NCBI GenBank assembly: GCA_964016885.1
Contig: OZ024745.1
Coordinates: forward strand, 28,396,001 to 28,460,000
Direction of reading: 5' to 3'
Length of the DNA: 64,000 bases
Origin: Eledone cirrhosa
Taxonomy: Eukaryota
Each line of letters begins with the position of its first letter. Within the stretch, counting starts at the first letter, position 1. Shown in pieces: positions 12,317-28,036 of this stretch. The translations under genes and the position numbers were made by a program. The notes beneath the pieces are model-generated. The model saw only the letters and a list, made by a program, of their open reading frames with translations, searched no databases and was not told where the DNA came from.

Positions 12317-13255
12317 ATTATTAGTTGGCAGTGGTGGATTGGCAGTATCGGTGGAGGGTCGGACGCCATGCTTTCCAGCATAGTTTCGTCCCTTTACGAT
12401 CTGAGTTCAAATCCCGCCGGGGTTGACTTTGCCTTTCATCCTTACGGGGTCGATAAAATAAAGTACCAGTAATACACTGGTTAATTGCTGGCCTTGTGCC
12501 TAAAGTAGAAACAATTATTAGTTGGCAGTATCGGTAGAGAGTCGGACACCATGCTTTGAAGCATAGAGTTACGTCCCTTTATGATCTGAGTTCAAATCCC
12601 GCCGAGGTTGACTTTGCCTTTCATCCTTACGGGGTCGATAAAATAAAGTACCAGTAATGTACTGGGTAATTGCTGGCCTTGTGCCTAAAATAGAAATAAT
12701 TATTAGCGGTGGATCGGCAGTATCGGTAGAGGGTCGGACGCCATGCTTTGACGCATAGAGTTACGGCCCTTTCCATTCTGAGTTCAAATCCCGCCGAGGT
12801 TAACTTTGCCTTTCATCCTTACGGGGTCGATAAAATAAAGTACCAGTAATGCACTGGGTAATTGCTGGCCTTGTGCCTAAAATAGAAACAATTATATAGT
12901 TATTTATTTATATATTATGTTCTTGTTTAAAAGAGCAGTGGATTGGAAGTATCGGTACAGCGTCGAGCAACATGCTTTGTGGCATATAGTTACGACCCTT
13001 TACGTTGAGTTCAAATCCCACTGAGATTAACTTTGCCTTTCATCTTTACAGAGTTGATACCAGTAACGCACTGGGGTCGATTTAATTGACTTTTCCTTCA
13101 AATTGCTGGCTTTGTGCAAAAAGTAGAAACAATTATTATTATTGAGCGTCAGGCAAAACACTTTGCGGTATTTGTTCCAATCTTTTGGTTCTAAGTTCAA
13201 ATCTTGCCGAGGTCACCTTTGCCTTTCATCTTTCCGGGGTCGAGGTGAATAAGAT
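12317..13255 (+). mobile_element. Head-to-tail array of about 5 tRNA-derived SINEs with a Meta/MESC-like domain
   Basis: Repeated ttggcagtatcggtagag..gagttcaaatccc..gcctttcatccttacggggtcgataaa..agaaacaattatt; 16-bp duplication at 12317 and 12514. Confidence 0.8.
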
Positions 13256-13259
13256 CAAG

Positions 13260-14760
13260 TGAGTACGTGTAGTGTGGGTTATATTTTAATGTGGTGACTG
13301 TGTGGAGCATATGTTGTGTTGTGTTGGTTGTGGTGTTCTGACACTATAACATAACACAACACATATTGTAGAGACTGTGTTGTAGTGTGGGTTATATTTT
13401 AATGTGGTGACTGTGTAGAGCATATGTTGTGTTATGTTAGTTGTGGTGTTCTGACACTATAACATAACACAACACATATTGTAGAGACTGTGAGTACGTG
13501 TAGTGTGGGTTATATTTTAATGTGGTGACTGTGTGGAACATATGTTGTGTTATGTTAGTTGTGGTGTTCTGACACTATAACATAACACAACACATATTGT
13601 AGAGACTGTGTGTTGTGTAATGTGGGTTATATTTTAATGTGGTGACTGTGTAGAGCATATGTTGTGTTGTGTTGGTTGTGGTGTTCTGACACTATAACAT
13701 AACACAACACATATTGTAGAGACTGTGAGTACGTGTAGTGTGGGTTATATTTTAATGTGGTGACTGTGTGGAACATATGTTGTGTTATGTTAGTTGTGGT
13801 GTTCTGACACTATAACATAACACAACACATATTGTAGAGACTGTGTGTTGTGTAATGTGGGTTATATTTTAATGTGGTGACTGTGTAGAGCATATGTTGT
13901 GTTGTGTTGGTTGTGGTGTTCTGACACTATAACATAACACAACACATATTGTAGAGACTGTGAGTACGTGTAGTGTGGGTTATATTTTAATGTGGTGACT
14001 GTGTGGAGCATATGTTGTGTTGTGTTGGTTGTGGTGTTCTGACACTATAACATAACACAACACATATTGTAGAGACTGTGTTGTAGTGTGGGTTATATTT
14101 TAATGTGGTGACTGTGTGGAGCATATGTTGTGTTGTGTTGGTTGTGGTGTTCTGACACTATAACATAACACAACACATATTGTAGAGACTGTGTTGTAGT
14201 GTGGGTTATATTTTAATGTGGTGACTGTGTGGAGCATATGTTGTGTTGTGTTGGTTGTGGTGTTCTGACACTATAACATAACACAACACATATTGTAGAG
14301 ACTGTGTGTTGTGTAATGTGGGTTATATTTTAATGTGGTGACTGTGTGGAACATATGTTGTGTTATGTTAGTTGTGGTGTTCTGACACTATAACATAACA
14401 CAACACATATTGTATAGACTGTGTTATAGTGTGGGTTATATTTTAATGTGGTTATATTTTATGTTGTGTTGTGTTGGTTGTGGTGTTCTGACACTATAAC
14501 ATAACACAACACATATTGTATAGACTGTGTGTTGTGTATGTTGTTATATTTTAATGTGGTGACTGTGTAGAGCATATGTTGTGTTGTGTTGGTTGTGGTG
14601 TTCTGATAATATAACATAACACAACACATATTGTATAGACCATGTGTTGTGTAGTGTGGGCTATATTTTAATGTGGTGACTGTGTAGAGTGTGTTTTGGT
14701 TTGTGTTGTGTTGGCTGTGGCGTTCTGACACTATAACATAGCACAACACAAATATTGTAG
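13260..14760 (+). repeat. 113-118 bp satellite, about 13 copies, each with an internal inverted repeat
   Basis: Unit starts at 13269, 13382, 13500, 13617; arms tgttgtgttatgtta / taacataacacaaca. Confidence 0.95.
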
Positions 14761-14789
14761 TCTATGTATTGTGTAGGTTGTATTATGTG

Positions 14790-15270
14790 TTGGGTTATGT
14801 TATGTGGTGTGTATGTTGTGTTATGTGTTGTGTATGTTGTGTTATGTGTTGTGTATGTTGTGTTATGTGGTGTGTATGTTGTGTTATGTGTTGTGTATGT
14901 TGTGTTATGTGTTGTGTATGTTGTGTTATGTGGTGTGTATGTTGTGTTATGTGGTGCGTATGTTGTGCTATGTGGTGTGTATTTTGTGCTATGTGGTGTG
15001 TATTTTGTGCTATGTGGTGTGTATGATGTGCTATGTGGTGTGTATGTTGTGCTATGTGGTGTGTATGATGTGCTATGTGGTGTGTATGTTGTGCTATGTG
15101 GTGTGTATGATGTGCTATGTGGTGTGTATGTTGTGCTATGTGGTGTGTATGATATGCTATGTGGTGTGTATGATATGCTATGTGGTGTGTATGATGTGTT
15201 ATGTGGTGTGTATGTTGTGCTATGTGGTGTGTATGTTGTGTTATGTGGTGTGTGTGATATGCTATGTGGT
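14790..15270 (+). repeat. 21-bp minisatellite (gtgtatgttgtgytatgtgkt)n
   Basis: Tandem units; source of the YVVLCGV pseudo-ORF. Confidence 0.9.
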
Positions 15271-15681
15271 ATACTGTCAGGTGTCAGTTATACACGATCT
15301 ATTATTTTACTGGGTAGTGGTTGTATAATGTATGATTCTCCTTCACCCATAGCAACAACAACAACAACAACAACAATACAATGAGCCAGAAGAAGAATAG
15401 AAATATCTATCAAAGCAAAAATGCAGCAACTACAACAACAACCACAGCAACCACACCAACAACAACAACAACAGCCACAATAACAACAGCTACAACAATA
15501 ACAGTAACAACAACAATATCTGATTCTCTAAAGAAACTAAATTCCATTAAATGACATCTCATTAATCAATTGATCAATCGATCTTCTATACAATTTCCTT
15601 TTGATCTGGCTATAGTACATATATGTGTGTGTGTGTGTGTGTATGTATATATATGTGTGTGTATATATATATATTTATGTA

Positions 15682-15728
<47 letters not shown>

Positions 15729-15753
15729 GTGTATATTTATATATATATATGTG

Positions 15754-15804
<51 letters not shown>

Positions 15805-15813
15805 ATGTGTATG

Positions 15814-15844
<31 letters not shown>

Positions 15845-15880
15845 GTGTGTGCGTGCGTGTGTGTGTGTGTGTGTGTGTGA

Positions 15881-15936
<56 letters not shown>

Positions 15937-15947
15937 GTGTGTGTGTA

Positions 15948-16013
<66 letters not shown>

Positions 16014-16959
16014 TGTCGTGTCTTGGAAGCCGCTAAAGTGCAAGAGGGGTTATAAATATTAAGGCCCCAACATTGGGTGAATAATGAGAGGAGGTTGGGC
16101 GGAGAAGAAGAAAACAAGAATCAGACATGTTACCTTTGAAATATTTATTACTACTAATATATTTCGGGTGTAGTGTACTTTATCGAAGAGTCCAATCCGG
16201 TCGATTGACAGTATTGGTAGATCGTCGGACAACATGCTTTGCGGCATACAGTTATGGCCCTTTACATTCTCCGTTCAAATCTGTCAAGCTTAGCTTTACC
16301 TTACATCCTTTCAGGATAAAATAAAGCATCAGTAATGCAGTAGGGGCAATTTAATTGACTTGCCCCTTCCCACCAAAATTGTTGGCCTTGTGCCTAAATC
16401 ACAAACCCTTATCAAGGGGTTGATTGGGGACTGAGGAGAATATTGGAGAGGACTTTTCTATGCCTCTGTGTTGTTTGTGTAATTACATATCTCTGGTCTC
16501 CCTACCCTACATTTATAGCAGATTGTAGTTAATAATAGTAAAAATGGTAGTTAACGATCGGGTATAAAATGTCGGATGCTGATGAAATCGTGGGTAAAAG
16601 GTTGGGTATATTAATTTTACAAACACATTGATAAATAAAATTGAGGGTAAAACAGTGGGTAGAATGGTGAAATGGTGGGCAAAATTGTAAAAAGACATGC
16701 TTACAAGAATGGCTAAAGGGTGGATATAATTCTGAGTAAATTGGTAGGTAATTAGTGGGTAAATGGTAGGTAAATGTTGAGTAAACGGTGGGATCAAATT
16801 CCCTCCAAGAAACTCTTGTCAAAGGGTATCACCGCTGGTTTGGTCACGCAGTCCATCGTGGGGTGAACTCATCAACGATTGCGTCACGACTGAGAACCTG
16901 CAGAATGGCACCATTTATTATAAGGCGAAAAGTTAAAAACGTGGATTGGCATAATCAAG

Positions 16960-18530
<1,571 letters not shown>

Positions 18531-18852
18531 GAAGGATTAGTTATGAAATAGAAGACAAATATATAAACGTCTGGGGACAATGTTTTAGGCCAAGAATATA
18601 TAATAATTGAATCAATATAATGATTTGTAACAGTCAAAATGTTTCGCTCAGCAGAGCTTTTCAAACGAATATTTCGTTTTAAAAATATTCATGAGTGAAG
18701 CATTTGACCGTTTGCTAACGAATCAGTTTCTTTAGTAAATGCATATACATATTTGTATATATATCTGTCTTTCTCTGTATGTATATGTGTGTGTGAGTGT
18801 GTTTGTGTGTGCGTGTGTGTGTGTGTGCGTGTGTGTCTGTGTGTGTGTGTCT

Positions 18853-18949
<97 letters not shown>

Positions 18950-19952
18950 TGGTGTGTGTCTGTGTGTGTGTGTGTGTGTGTGTATGTGTGTGTGTGTGCG
19001 CGCGCGCGTGCGATGAAAGCGCGTAGCTTAGTGGTTCTTGTGTGTTCTGCTCACAAGAGTAAAGAAAGTCGTGTGTTGGATTGCTACCTGTGAATTGCAT
19101 CCTTGAGCAAGACACTTTACTTCACGTTTCTGCATTCCTTAGAGCTGACAAGAATGAGTTATGCCTTTATTCCAAAGGCCCAGTTATATCACACAGAGTA
19201 CTACGCTGAATATCCTTAAGAATTCTGTTAAGAGTGCACGTGTCTGTGGAATATTCTACCACTTGTACGATAATTTCACGAGTAGGCTCTTTTATTAGTG
19301 GACCCATAGGAAGATTCCACTACCACCACCACCACCAACACCGCCACTACCACCACTGCCACCACCACCACAACTAACACCCCTACCACCACCACCACCA
19401 CCATTACCACCACCAACAACAACAACAGCACCACCACTACTACCACCGCCGCCATCACCACCACCACCACTACTAACACCGCTACCACCACCACTACGCC
19501 TACCTCCACTACTACCATTACCACTACCACCATTACCACTACCGCCACCACCACCATCACCATTACCACCACCCCAACACCAACACCGCCACTACCACCA
19601 CCACCACCAACACCGCCACTATCACCAACACTACCACCAACACCACCATTACCACTACCGCCACCGCCATCAACAACAACAGTCAACCATATTGCATCAC
19701 AATGACCTCCCAATATATTTCGTTTCGGTACAGACGGCAGACAATCTGTTCAGACACATGTATATATGTATATATATATATAGTAATAATAATAATATTT
19801 ATACTTATATATAAGTTATATATAATTATAAAAATGAAAGGGTAGTATTAAGCACTAGCCAATTACCAGTAAGAGAAAAGGCTCAATGTAAATTATCAGA
19901 TGTATTGCAGAGCCGAGATACAAAATATAAAACAATCAAATTTTAGTTTAAT

Positions 19953-19998
19953 AGCTGACAATTGTTTCTTCAGGACAAATGTCTGGTATCATCGGAGC
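19953..19998 (-). ncRNA. Degenerate type I hammerhead motif
   Basis: gcu CCGAUGA..GAAA CAAUUG UC agc; U4C change, weak stem II, palindromic stem III. Confidence 0.5.
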
Positions 19999-20274
19999 AT
20001 ACACAGTGTTTAAACAAGTAATTATAATCCTAGTTCTCAGAACATTCATAAAGATACATAACTATTGACAGTGTCAGTGACATCATATTGAAAAGCAGGA
20101 ATGACAAAAAAATGTTATATTATACAGATATCAAAATATAAGGAGCAATGGTGAAGAGTGAAAATATTGAGCATATTATATATAAAGATATTCTTTAAGG
20201 TAAAAATTAAATGTATTAAACTAAGATTTGATTGTTTTATATTTTCTCTCTTTCTCTCTCTCTTTATATATATA

Positions 20275-20324
<50 letters not shown>

Positions 20325-21896
20325 TGTGTGTGTGTATAAATGTATAAATGTATGTATGTATGTATGTATATATTTTTATGTGTGTGTGTGTGTGTGTGTG
20401 TAGACTTCTAGTCTTCATTAAGACATTTCTGTTGGAGAAAGTCACTCTGGTATAAAACCTGCGACTTTGTTTGCATCCGATAATGTAGACCAGTTCTTGT
20501 TTTGGCGCAAATGCATCCGATGTTCAGGGAGTGGGATTGGCCCAATACAAAGACTTTCCTCGCTTAAAAAAGCTTCAAGCTCAGGCATCGCTTGATATGT
20601 GACATTTTCTTTTTTAGATGCATGATATTATTGGCCATATGCAAGTTCTAAGAAAGACTAAAAAGCCACGTCTGTGATACTGATGCTTAAGTATTGAGCA
20701 ATGGCATTACTCGAAGTCTAGTTGCAGCCATCATCATGTATGTGTGTATTGGTGGATGTCTGTGTGTTGAAGAAGAAAAAGAAGAAGAAGAAGAAGAAGA
20801 AGAAGAAGAAGAAGAAGAAGAAGAAGAAGAAGAAGAAGAAGAAGAAGAAGAAGAAGAAGAAGAAGAAGAAGAAGAAGAAGAAGAAGAAGAAGAAGAAGAA
20901 GAAGAAGAAGAAGAAGAAGAAGAAGAAGAAGACTAATCCGAGATTTGATTTGAGAGCCAGAAAATGTTAAGCAACTTCAATATTATGAAGAAAGCTAGCA
21001 ACATTACTAGCCATCGAATTATAGAAATACTGTAGTTTACCGATCGTATAACATTGATAATATCTCTAGATTTACTCAACATTGCCAGATTTTATCTTTC
21101 AATCTGCTAATCCGATCTATCCAGCGCCATAGAATAAGATAAGAATTATGGCGTAATGCGGTGAAATCGTTAGAGCAGGGGTCTCCAACATGCGACCCGC
21201 AAACTGCTTTACTATGACCCATGGTAGAACAATTTTAGTGACTAATATTTTGCTAAATCTTGGTAATTTGTTCCTCGTGTATGTATGCAGGTGTAGAGTA
21301 TTGCTGCGAGCCCATAAAAACTAACGGTTGACGGAAGGGACTTTACTGCAGACCGGTTATTGATCTGATCGGCAGTGAAGGACTTCCTGTGAGGAGAGGA
21401 ACAAGACCTGGACTTTCGGCGTAGATGGCTCTTTCTTACATCTGTAAATGTTTGTCATGCAATAAACAACAGTTGGACAAATCAATGTTTGTTGTTAATT
21501 TTGAGTATAGCTTATCTGAATCTTTGAGTATAGCTTATCTGAATCTTTGCAAGTGTGCATATACATATATATTGTGTTTTAAAAAAAATTTGAAACGGAA
21601 AATTTGTTTCCCTACATTTTGTACTAACTCACATATCTCCCTTAATATCATATGGTTAGTTATTTTGATTTTTAAAACAATAGCAGCATATCAGCTGTAT
21701 TGTAAATTAGCATTATAACTGGTGGAAATCACCTCCCGCCCCTCACTCACTTTTGGCCCCTCATGCCTCTCCTACTGGACATAATAGTAGAGCGTTGGAT
21801 ATTTGTTCTGTGTTTCAGCGAGCTGATTTCAGATCACACCGAAGTTCACTTTGACTTTCGGTGACGATAGAGAAAATATCATTTCATTTCCAGAGC

Positions 21897-21959
<63 letters not shown>

Positions 21960-22309
21960 GCTGTCACAACCTCGATGTTTCGCTGCCATTACATAGGCAT
22001 TTAAAACTCTTAGCAAGAGAGAAGTACATACTTCTAAGTCATTCCCGATTGCAAGCGACGGATGTACTATGATGACGTAGACATTTTACTAGATCAACAA
22101 ACAAAACATATAAATATATATTAGGTCTGAACATAATTGTTTCTAGTTTAGGCACAAGGCCAGCAATTATCCAGTGCATTACTGGTACTTTATTAGGTCT
22201 GAACACAATGGAATCAAATTCCCATTGTCACTGCCTCCGTCTCTCTCGCTCTCCCCATCTCTCACTATTATAAGCAAATGGTAGGGGGGGGGTCACACGC
22301 TCGCTACCC

Positions 22310-22530
22310 AGTGACCCCGGCGGAGAGAATAGAGAAAGCACTTCCCCGGAGGATGGTGAGTGGTAAGCGAGACGCGTCGGAAGAGCCATTTCAGCTCACG
22401 ATGCTCGCACCTGCGGGTAGCCAATTCCGTACCGATGGTGGTGAGGTGGGAGGTGGTCCTAGGGCCAAAGACAACAGAAGTCTGATACAGATATCGCAAT
22501 ACACGTGGGAGTTTTGGCAAAAATTGGAAA
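22310..22530 (-). pseudogene. CRE-type endonuclease C-terminal relic
   Basis: QTSVVFGPRTTSHLTTIGTELATRRCEHRELKWLFRRVSL, homologous to the 53.7 kb copy. Confidence 0.7.
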
Positions 22531-22610
22531 TTTAACACAATTGATAGTTTGAAGGTTTGTAGATTGTCACACAACGGTGCAGAGATATGTGACCATGTAC
22601 ATATATGCAA

Positions 22611-22817
<207 letters not shown>

Positions 22818-22992
22818 CTCACACATTGATACATACATTTGATCACACATTGATAAAAAGAAAAGTAAAAAGATTGATTTTCTTTGTCGCAGTAGCGTGG
22901 TGAATAAATAAATATTTGTATTTAATGTGTCAATGTGAACACACGCACACACTCACACAAACACACACACATACACACACACACACACACAC

Positions 22993-23028
<36 letters not shown>

Positions 23029-23260
23029 TAAATAATAATCATATGTATATAAATAATAATAATATATATATGATTATTATTTATTGATATACGAATACAC
23101 ACACTAACACAAGAGAATATATGAATACTCTCGCACACACATATATATGTGTGTGTATTTGTGTGTGTATATATATATATATGTGTGTATGTATATATGT
23201 ATATACGTGTGTATTTATATATATATATGAATATATATATATACACATATATATATGTAT

Positions 23261-23322
<62 letters not shown>

Positions 23323-23680
23323 GTATGTATGTATGATGTATGTATATATGTATATATGATTATATCTATATAGAATTGAACATTGATTAATGTTGGTCAT
23401 GGACGAGAACAACAGAGAAATGGCTGGCTTTATTCCAATTAACGTTAATTGATTGGATAGATAGAAAGCAAGAGAAAGAGAGAAAGAGAAATGGAGATAG
23501 ATAGAGACAGTGTGAGAGAGAGGGTGAGAGAGTGAGAGAGAGCGTGAGAGAGAGTGAGAGAGAGCGTGTGAGTGTGTGAGAGAGATATAGTGAGAGAGAT
23601 ATAATGAGAGATATACAGATTATATGTGAGAAAGAGAGGGAGGTAGACAGTCTGAGAGAGAGGAGACATTGTGATATAGC

Positions 23681-23748
<68 letters not shown>

Positions 23749-23949
23749 AAAAGGGACAGAGCTCGATAGATAGAGAGAGGAGGTGAGAGAGAAAGTGGGG
23801 TTCAGAAAGTCTGTGTAAGAAAGATTGAGAGATGGGAGACTATTTAAGAGCGAGAGAGAGTTTCTATCTTCTTTTCATGAAGCAATACTTGAACCTCTTC
23901 ATCATTTTCATGAAACCAATCTTGATGTATCAATAAAACCAAGAACAGA

Positions 23950-24600
23950 TGCCGAAGTATCATAAACCGAAGTTTCCAAATTTTTCCCTGTGTCGTCACA
24001 TTGAATCTTTTCTAACCTTCTCACCAACACGTCCTTTATTGAAGCATTTTTAATCAGAGCAATATTTTGTTTCTTTGGAACATCAACATTTGTTCGTATT
24101 CTACAAATGTTACCTTAGTGTAAACAAGACGATGGTCTGTCCAGTACTCAGCTCCTCGCAACACACGGACACCACAGATGACTAAAAAATCACGCCAACG
24201 CACAAGAACAAAATCTATTATGTGCCACTGCTTTGAACCTGGATACAGCCATGTTGTCTTCTGCTTCTCCTTGTGATGGATGAAAGAGTTAGTTATACAA
24301 AGACTTAGCTCCTTTCATATTTCAGGAATAATAAGCATTGCTAATACATTTTCCAATCCCATTTTTACCAATCACATTCCAAGTTCTGTGGTCCTTACCA
24401 ACCCTAGCATTAAAATCCACAAAATATGAGAATTTTATCAAATCGATTACAAGCTCCTGTAAGGAAAGATAAAATGCAAGCTCTACTCACAGTTGGAGCA
24501 CGCATGCAGACTTGCCTACATATCTACCTAGTTGATGTTGTCTAAATTCCAATGAAAGCGTCTTGTGTCTATGTTAGAAACGGACTCGCTCTGTTGGTAG
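23950..24600 (-). pseudogene. RTE (BovB-like) apurinic endonuclease domain relic
   Basis: Manual translation with frameshifts: DFNARVGKD..WNVIGKNGIGKC..KTTWLYPGSKQWHIIDFVLVR..RGAEYWTDHRLV. Confidence 0.8.
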
Positions 24601-25035
24601 AAATTTATAAAATTATAAAACCAGAAGAACATACATACATACATTCATACATACATACATATATATATACGTAATACATACATGCACAGATACATACATA
24701 CATACATACATACATACATACATACATACATACATACATACATACATACATACACAGATACATACATACATACACACATACATACATACACACATACATA
24801 CACACATACATACATACACACATACATACATACATACATACATACATACATACATACATACATACATACATACATACATACATACATACATACATACATA
24901 CATACATACATACATACACAGTTCTTTTCAGTAAAATACTTTAATTCACTGATTCTCGTTGCAGTGGTTTATATACTCAGTGCAAAGTTTCATTGATATC
25001 TATCATTCACACACGTACTTACACATAAACACGTC

Positions 25036-25093
<58 letters not shown>

Positions 25094-25152
25094 TTATATA
25101 CACATAGCAATTTGTACGTATATGTAGATAAATGCAGAGACGCAGGTATGTA

Positions 25153-25188
<36 letters not shown>

Positions 25189-25340
25189 TGTATGTATGTA
25201 TGTATGTATGTATGTATGTATGTATGCATGTATGAATGAATGTATGTATGTGTGTATGAATGTATGTATGTTTGTATGTATATATATATATGTGTGTGTG
25301 TGCGTGTGTGTATGTGTTTGCGTGCGTGTGTGTGTGTGTT

Positions 25341-25393
<53 letters not shown>

Positions 25394-25777
25394 TTAACAT
25401 GATTCGCGCGCAAACACTTAAATATACATACATATACACATACACCAATACACACACATGCGAAACAGGAAAAAGCTGTCTGCTCTCCACTCTCTCTCTC
25501 TAAGGGAGACGGACTCTCGGGTGATCACGTGTTCTCTGTACGATCCTACATGCAACTGGAATTAACCAATTCCAGTTGCATGTAGAATTGTGTCGACATT
25601 ATTGTGTTTTATGGAGACAAGATGGCGCCTGCTAACGCTGTCTCAGGTCTTTGATCAAGTCAGCCATTGATTTTTTACATGTATATCTCTACATGTATTT
25701 ATATACACCTATGTATGTGGATATGTAAGTGCATGAGAATCTATACATATATATATATATGTGTATGTGTGTGTGTA

Positions 25778-25813
<36 letters not shown>

Positions 25814-26191
25814 CGTGCGTGCGTGTATGTGTTTATGCATGCATGTATATATATATGTGTGTGTATGTACGTATCTATGTAACCCAAGTTAACTTTCTCT
25901 CTTCTCTCCTTCTCGCTCTCTCTTTCTCTCTCTCTATCTATCTATCTCTCTCTTTCTCTCTTTTTATATATATTTATATAGATAGATGTATAAATAATAG
26001 ATATATATATACTTACATTGTGTGTGTATGTGATGTTGGTGCACGTACGTTTTCAAAGACATGCACTTCCAAGTGACACAAGCAGTCTAAATGGCAATGT
26101 GATATTAAACTATTTACACAAATTGTACTGAAGATATACAACTAATAATAATGCCACTGTACATATACAAGGCAGGGTCTATGAAATCGAG

Positions 26192-26308
<117 letters not shown>

Positions 26309-26460
26309 CGCATGCACATACACACATATATATATAATATTATAACTTTGCCTTTCATCCTTACGGGTCGATAAAATAAAGTACCAGTAATGCACTGGGT
26401 AATTGCTGGCCTTGTGCCCAAAAGTAGAAACAATTATATTACAACAGTTAGTTCACCATA

Positions 26461-26501
26461 CCGAGAACAATTGTTTCACCTTATGCGGATCTTCAGCTCG
26501 G
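26461..26501 (-). ncRNA. Type I hammerhead ribozyme motif (left arm of a palindrome)
   Basis: Exact reverse complement of 26514-26554. Confidence 0.75.
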
Positions 26502-26513
26502 ATCTTCAGCAGT

Positions 26514-26554
26514 CCGAGCTGAAGATCCGCATAAGGTGAAACAATTGTTCTCGG
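26514..26554 (+). ncRNA. Minimal type I hammerhead ribozyme motif
   Basis: ccgag CUGAAGA uccgcauaaggu GAAA caauug UU cucgg; 5-bp stem I, palindromic stem III. Confidence 0.75.
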
Positions 26555-26819
26555 TATGGTGAACTAACTGTTGTGTTACTACTTCTATGAAACTCGTCCC
26601 ATGGACTGAGTGCTCTACCACTACGGATATTACCTTCCAGTGTTCTACCTCTATAATATTATATTATATAGAAATGACTTCTACATAACTAAAACTGTTT
26701 CATTGGTATGAAACAGTTTTAGTCCTGTAGAAGTAATTTCTATATAAAATAAAGATGCCTATACTCTACTAACGTACTGAGTACCTTTTTTAAGTGTAGT
26801 TACCTACATAGGGAATCCA

Positions 26820-26935
<116 letters not shown>

Positions 26936-27551
26936 TTTCGGACATTAAAAAAGTTCTTTTTTTTATTACTTTTGTCTGTACTGTCCGTGATGTAATATCG
27001 GGCATTAAAAAATACCATTTCGTGTTTTAGATGTGTCGTCTTTTGATTTTTTCTTTACCTGTCCGCTTTGTTTCACTAATTCTGTACAGAGACTGCTAAA
27101 TTCTGGTTTACTCGTTGAGGTGAACTTCCTCTTCTTACCACAAAAAACTAATGTCATCCCAAACGAGTAGCTAATGAGCGGAAACGTTTGTTTATGTCTC
27201 CACTGAAGATATAGGATCGACGAATATTTACAAATGGGTTAACAGTGAAGAGGCGTGACTTAGTTGCTAGGGAATGTTCGAATACCGATAGTAAAGCCTG
27301 GAGTTTAATTCCTGGCAGCGTTTATTGTGTCCTTGAGCAAGGCACATCATTTCATATTGTTCCAGTCAATTCAGCTGGCAAAAATAAGTTATACTCTCGT
27401 CACACACACTATGTCACGCTGAATTACTGTAGGAACTACGTTAAAGGTACATATAAGCTCCTGGAGACGGATAAAAGTTGACAACATCACGCATGGGACT
27501 CGAACTCATACCTGCAATATACCGTGTGGCTGTGCTACAATTACTCTAAAC

Positions 27552-27797
27552 CAGTGGTTCCCAAACCATGCGCTGCAGTATACTGAGATGAACTTTTAAG
27601 ATGTGAAAAATACAAACTGGAATTAGTATAAAAGTCCATATATAGCTGTCAAAGTGACAAACAAGATTTGCAAAATAGAGCAAAAACTATGTTAAGAATG
27701 AGAGGTGATTGGTGCGAATTTATGGTACAAAGTGCGTCAACATATTTTTACGTTTTCAAAAATGCGCCGTGACTAAAGAAAAGTTTCGGAACCGCTG
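27552..27797. mobile_element. hAT MITE
   Basis: TIRs cagtggttcccaaac / gtttcggaaccgctg; imperfect 8-bp TSD ctctaaac/ctctgaag. Confidence 0.7.
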
Positions 27798-27955
27798 CTC
27801 TGAAGTGAAGCTGACCAATCCTTTCTGATTTTCTATCTCCAGGTTTTATAAGCCCACCTTAATAGACTAGTCAAATTCATAGTCAATTACATGTGTTGAA
27901 GCCGTTAGCTCTAAGTTAACTTGTTATTTAAAATTCTTAACTCACTCAACAGTTC

Positions 27956-28031
<76 letters not shown>

Positions 28032-28036
<5 letters not shown>

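Noticed and set aside
14764-15384. YVVLCGV / Cys-rich repeat proteins
   Set aside because: 21-bp minisatellite open in all three frames
21300-21730. Possible solo LTR followed by a TGG primer-binding site
   Set aside because: No second LTR, TSD or internal ORF visible
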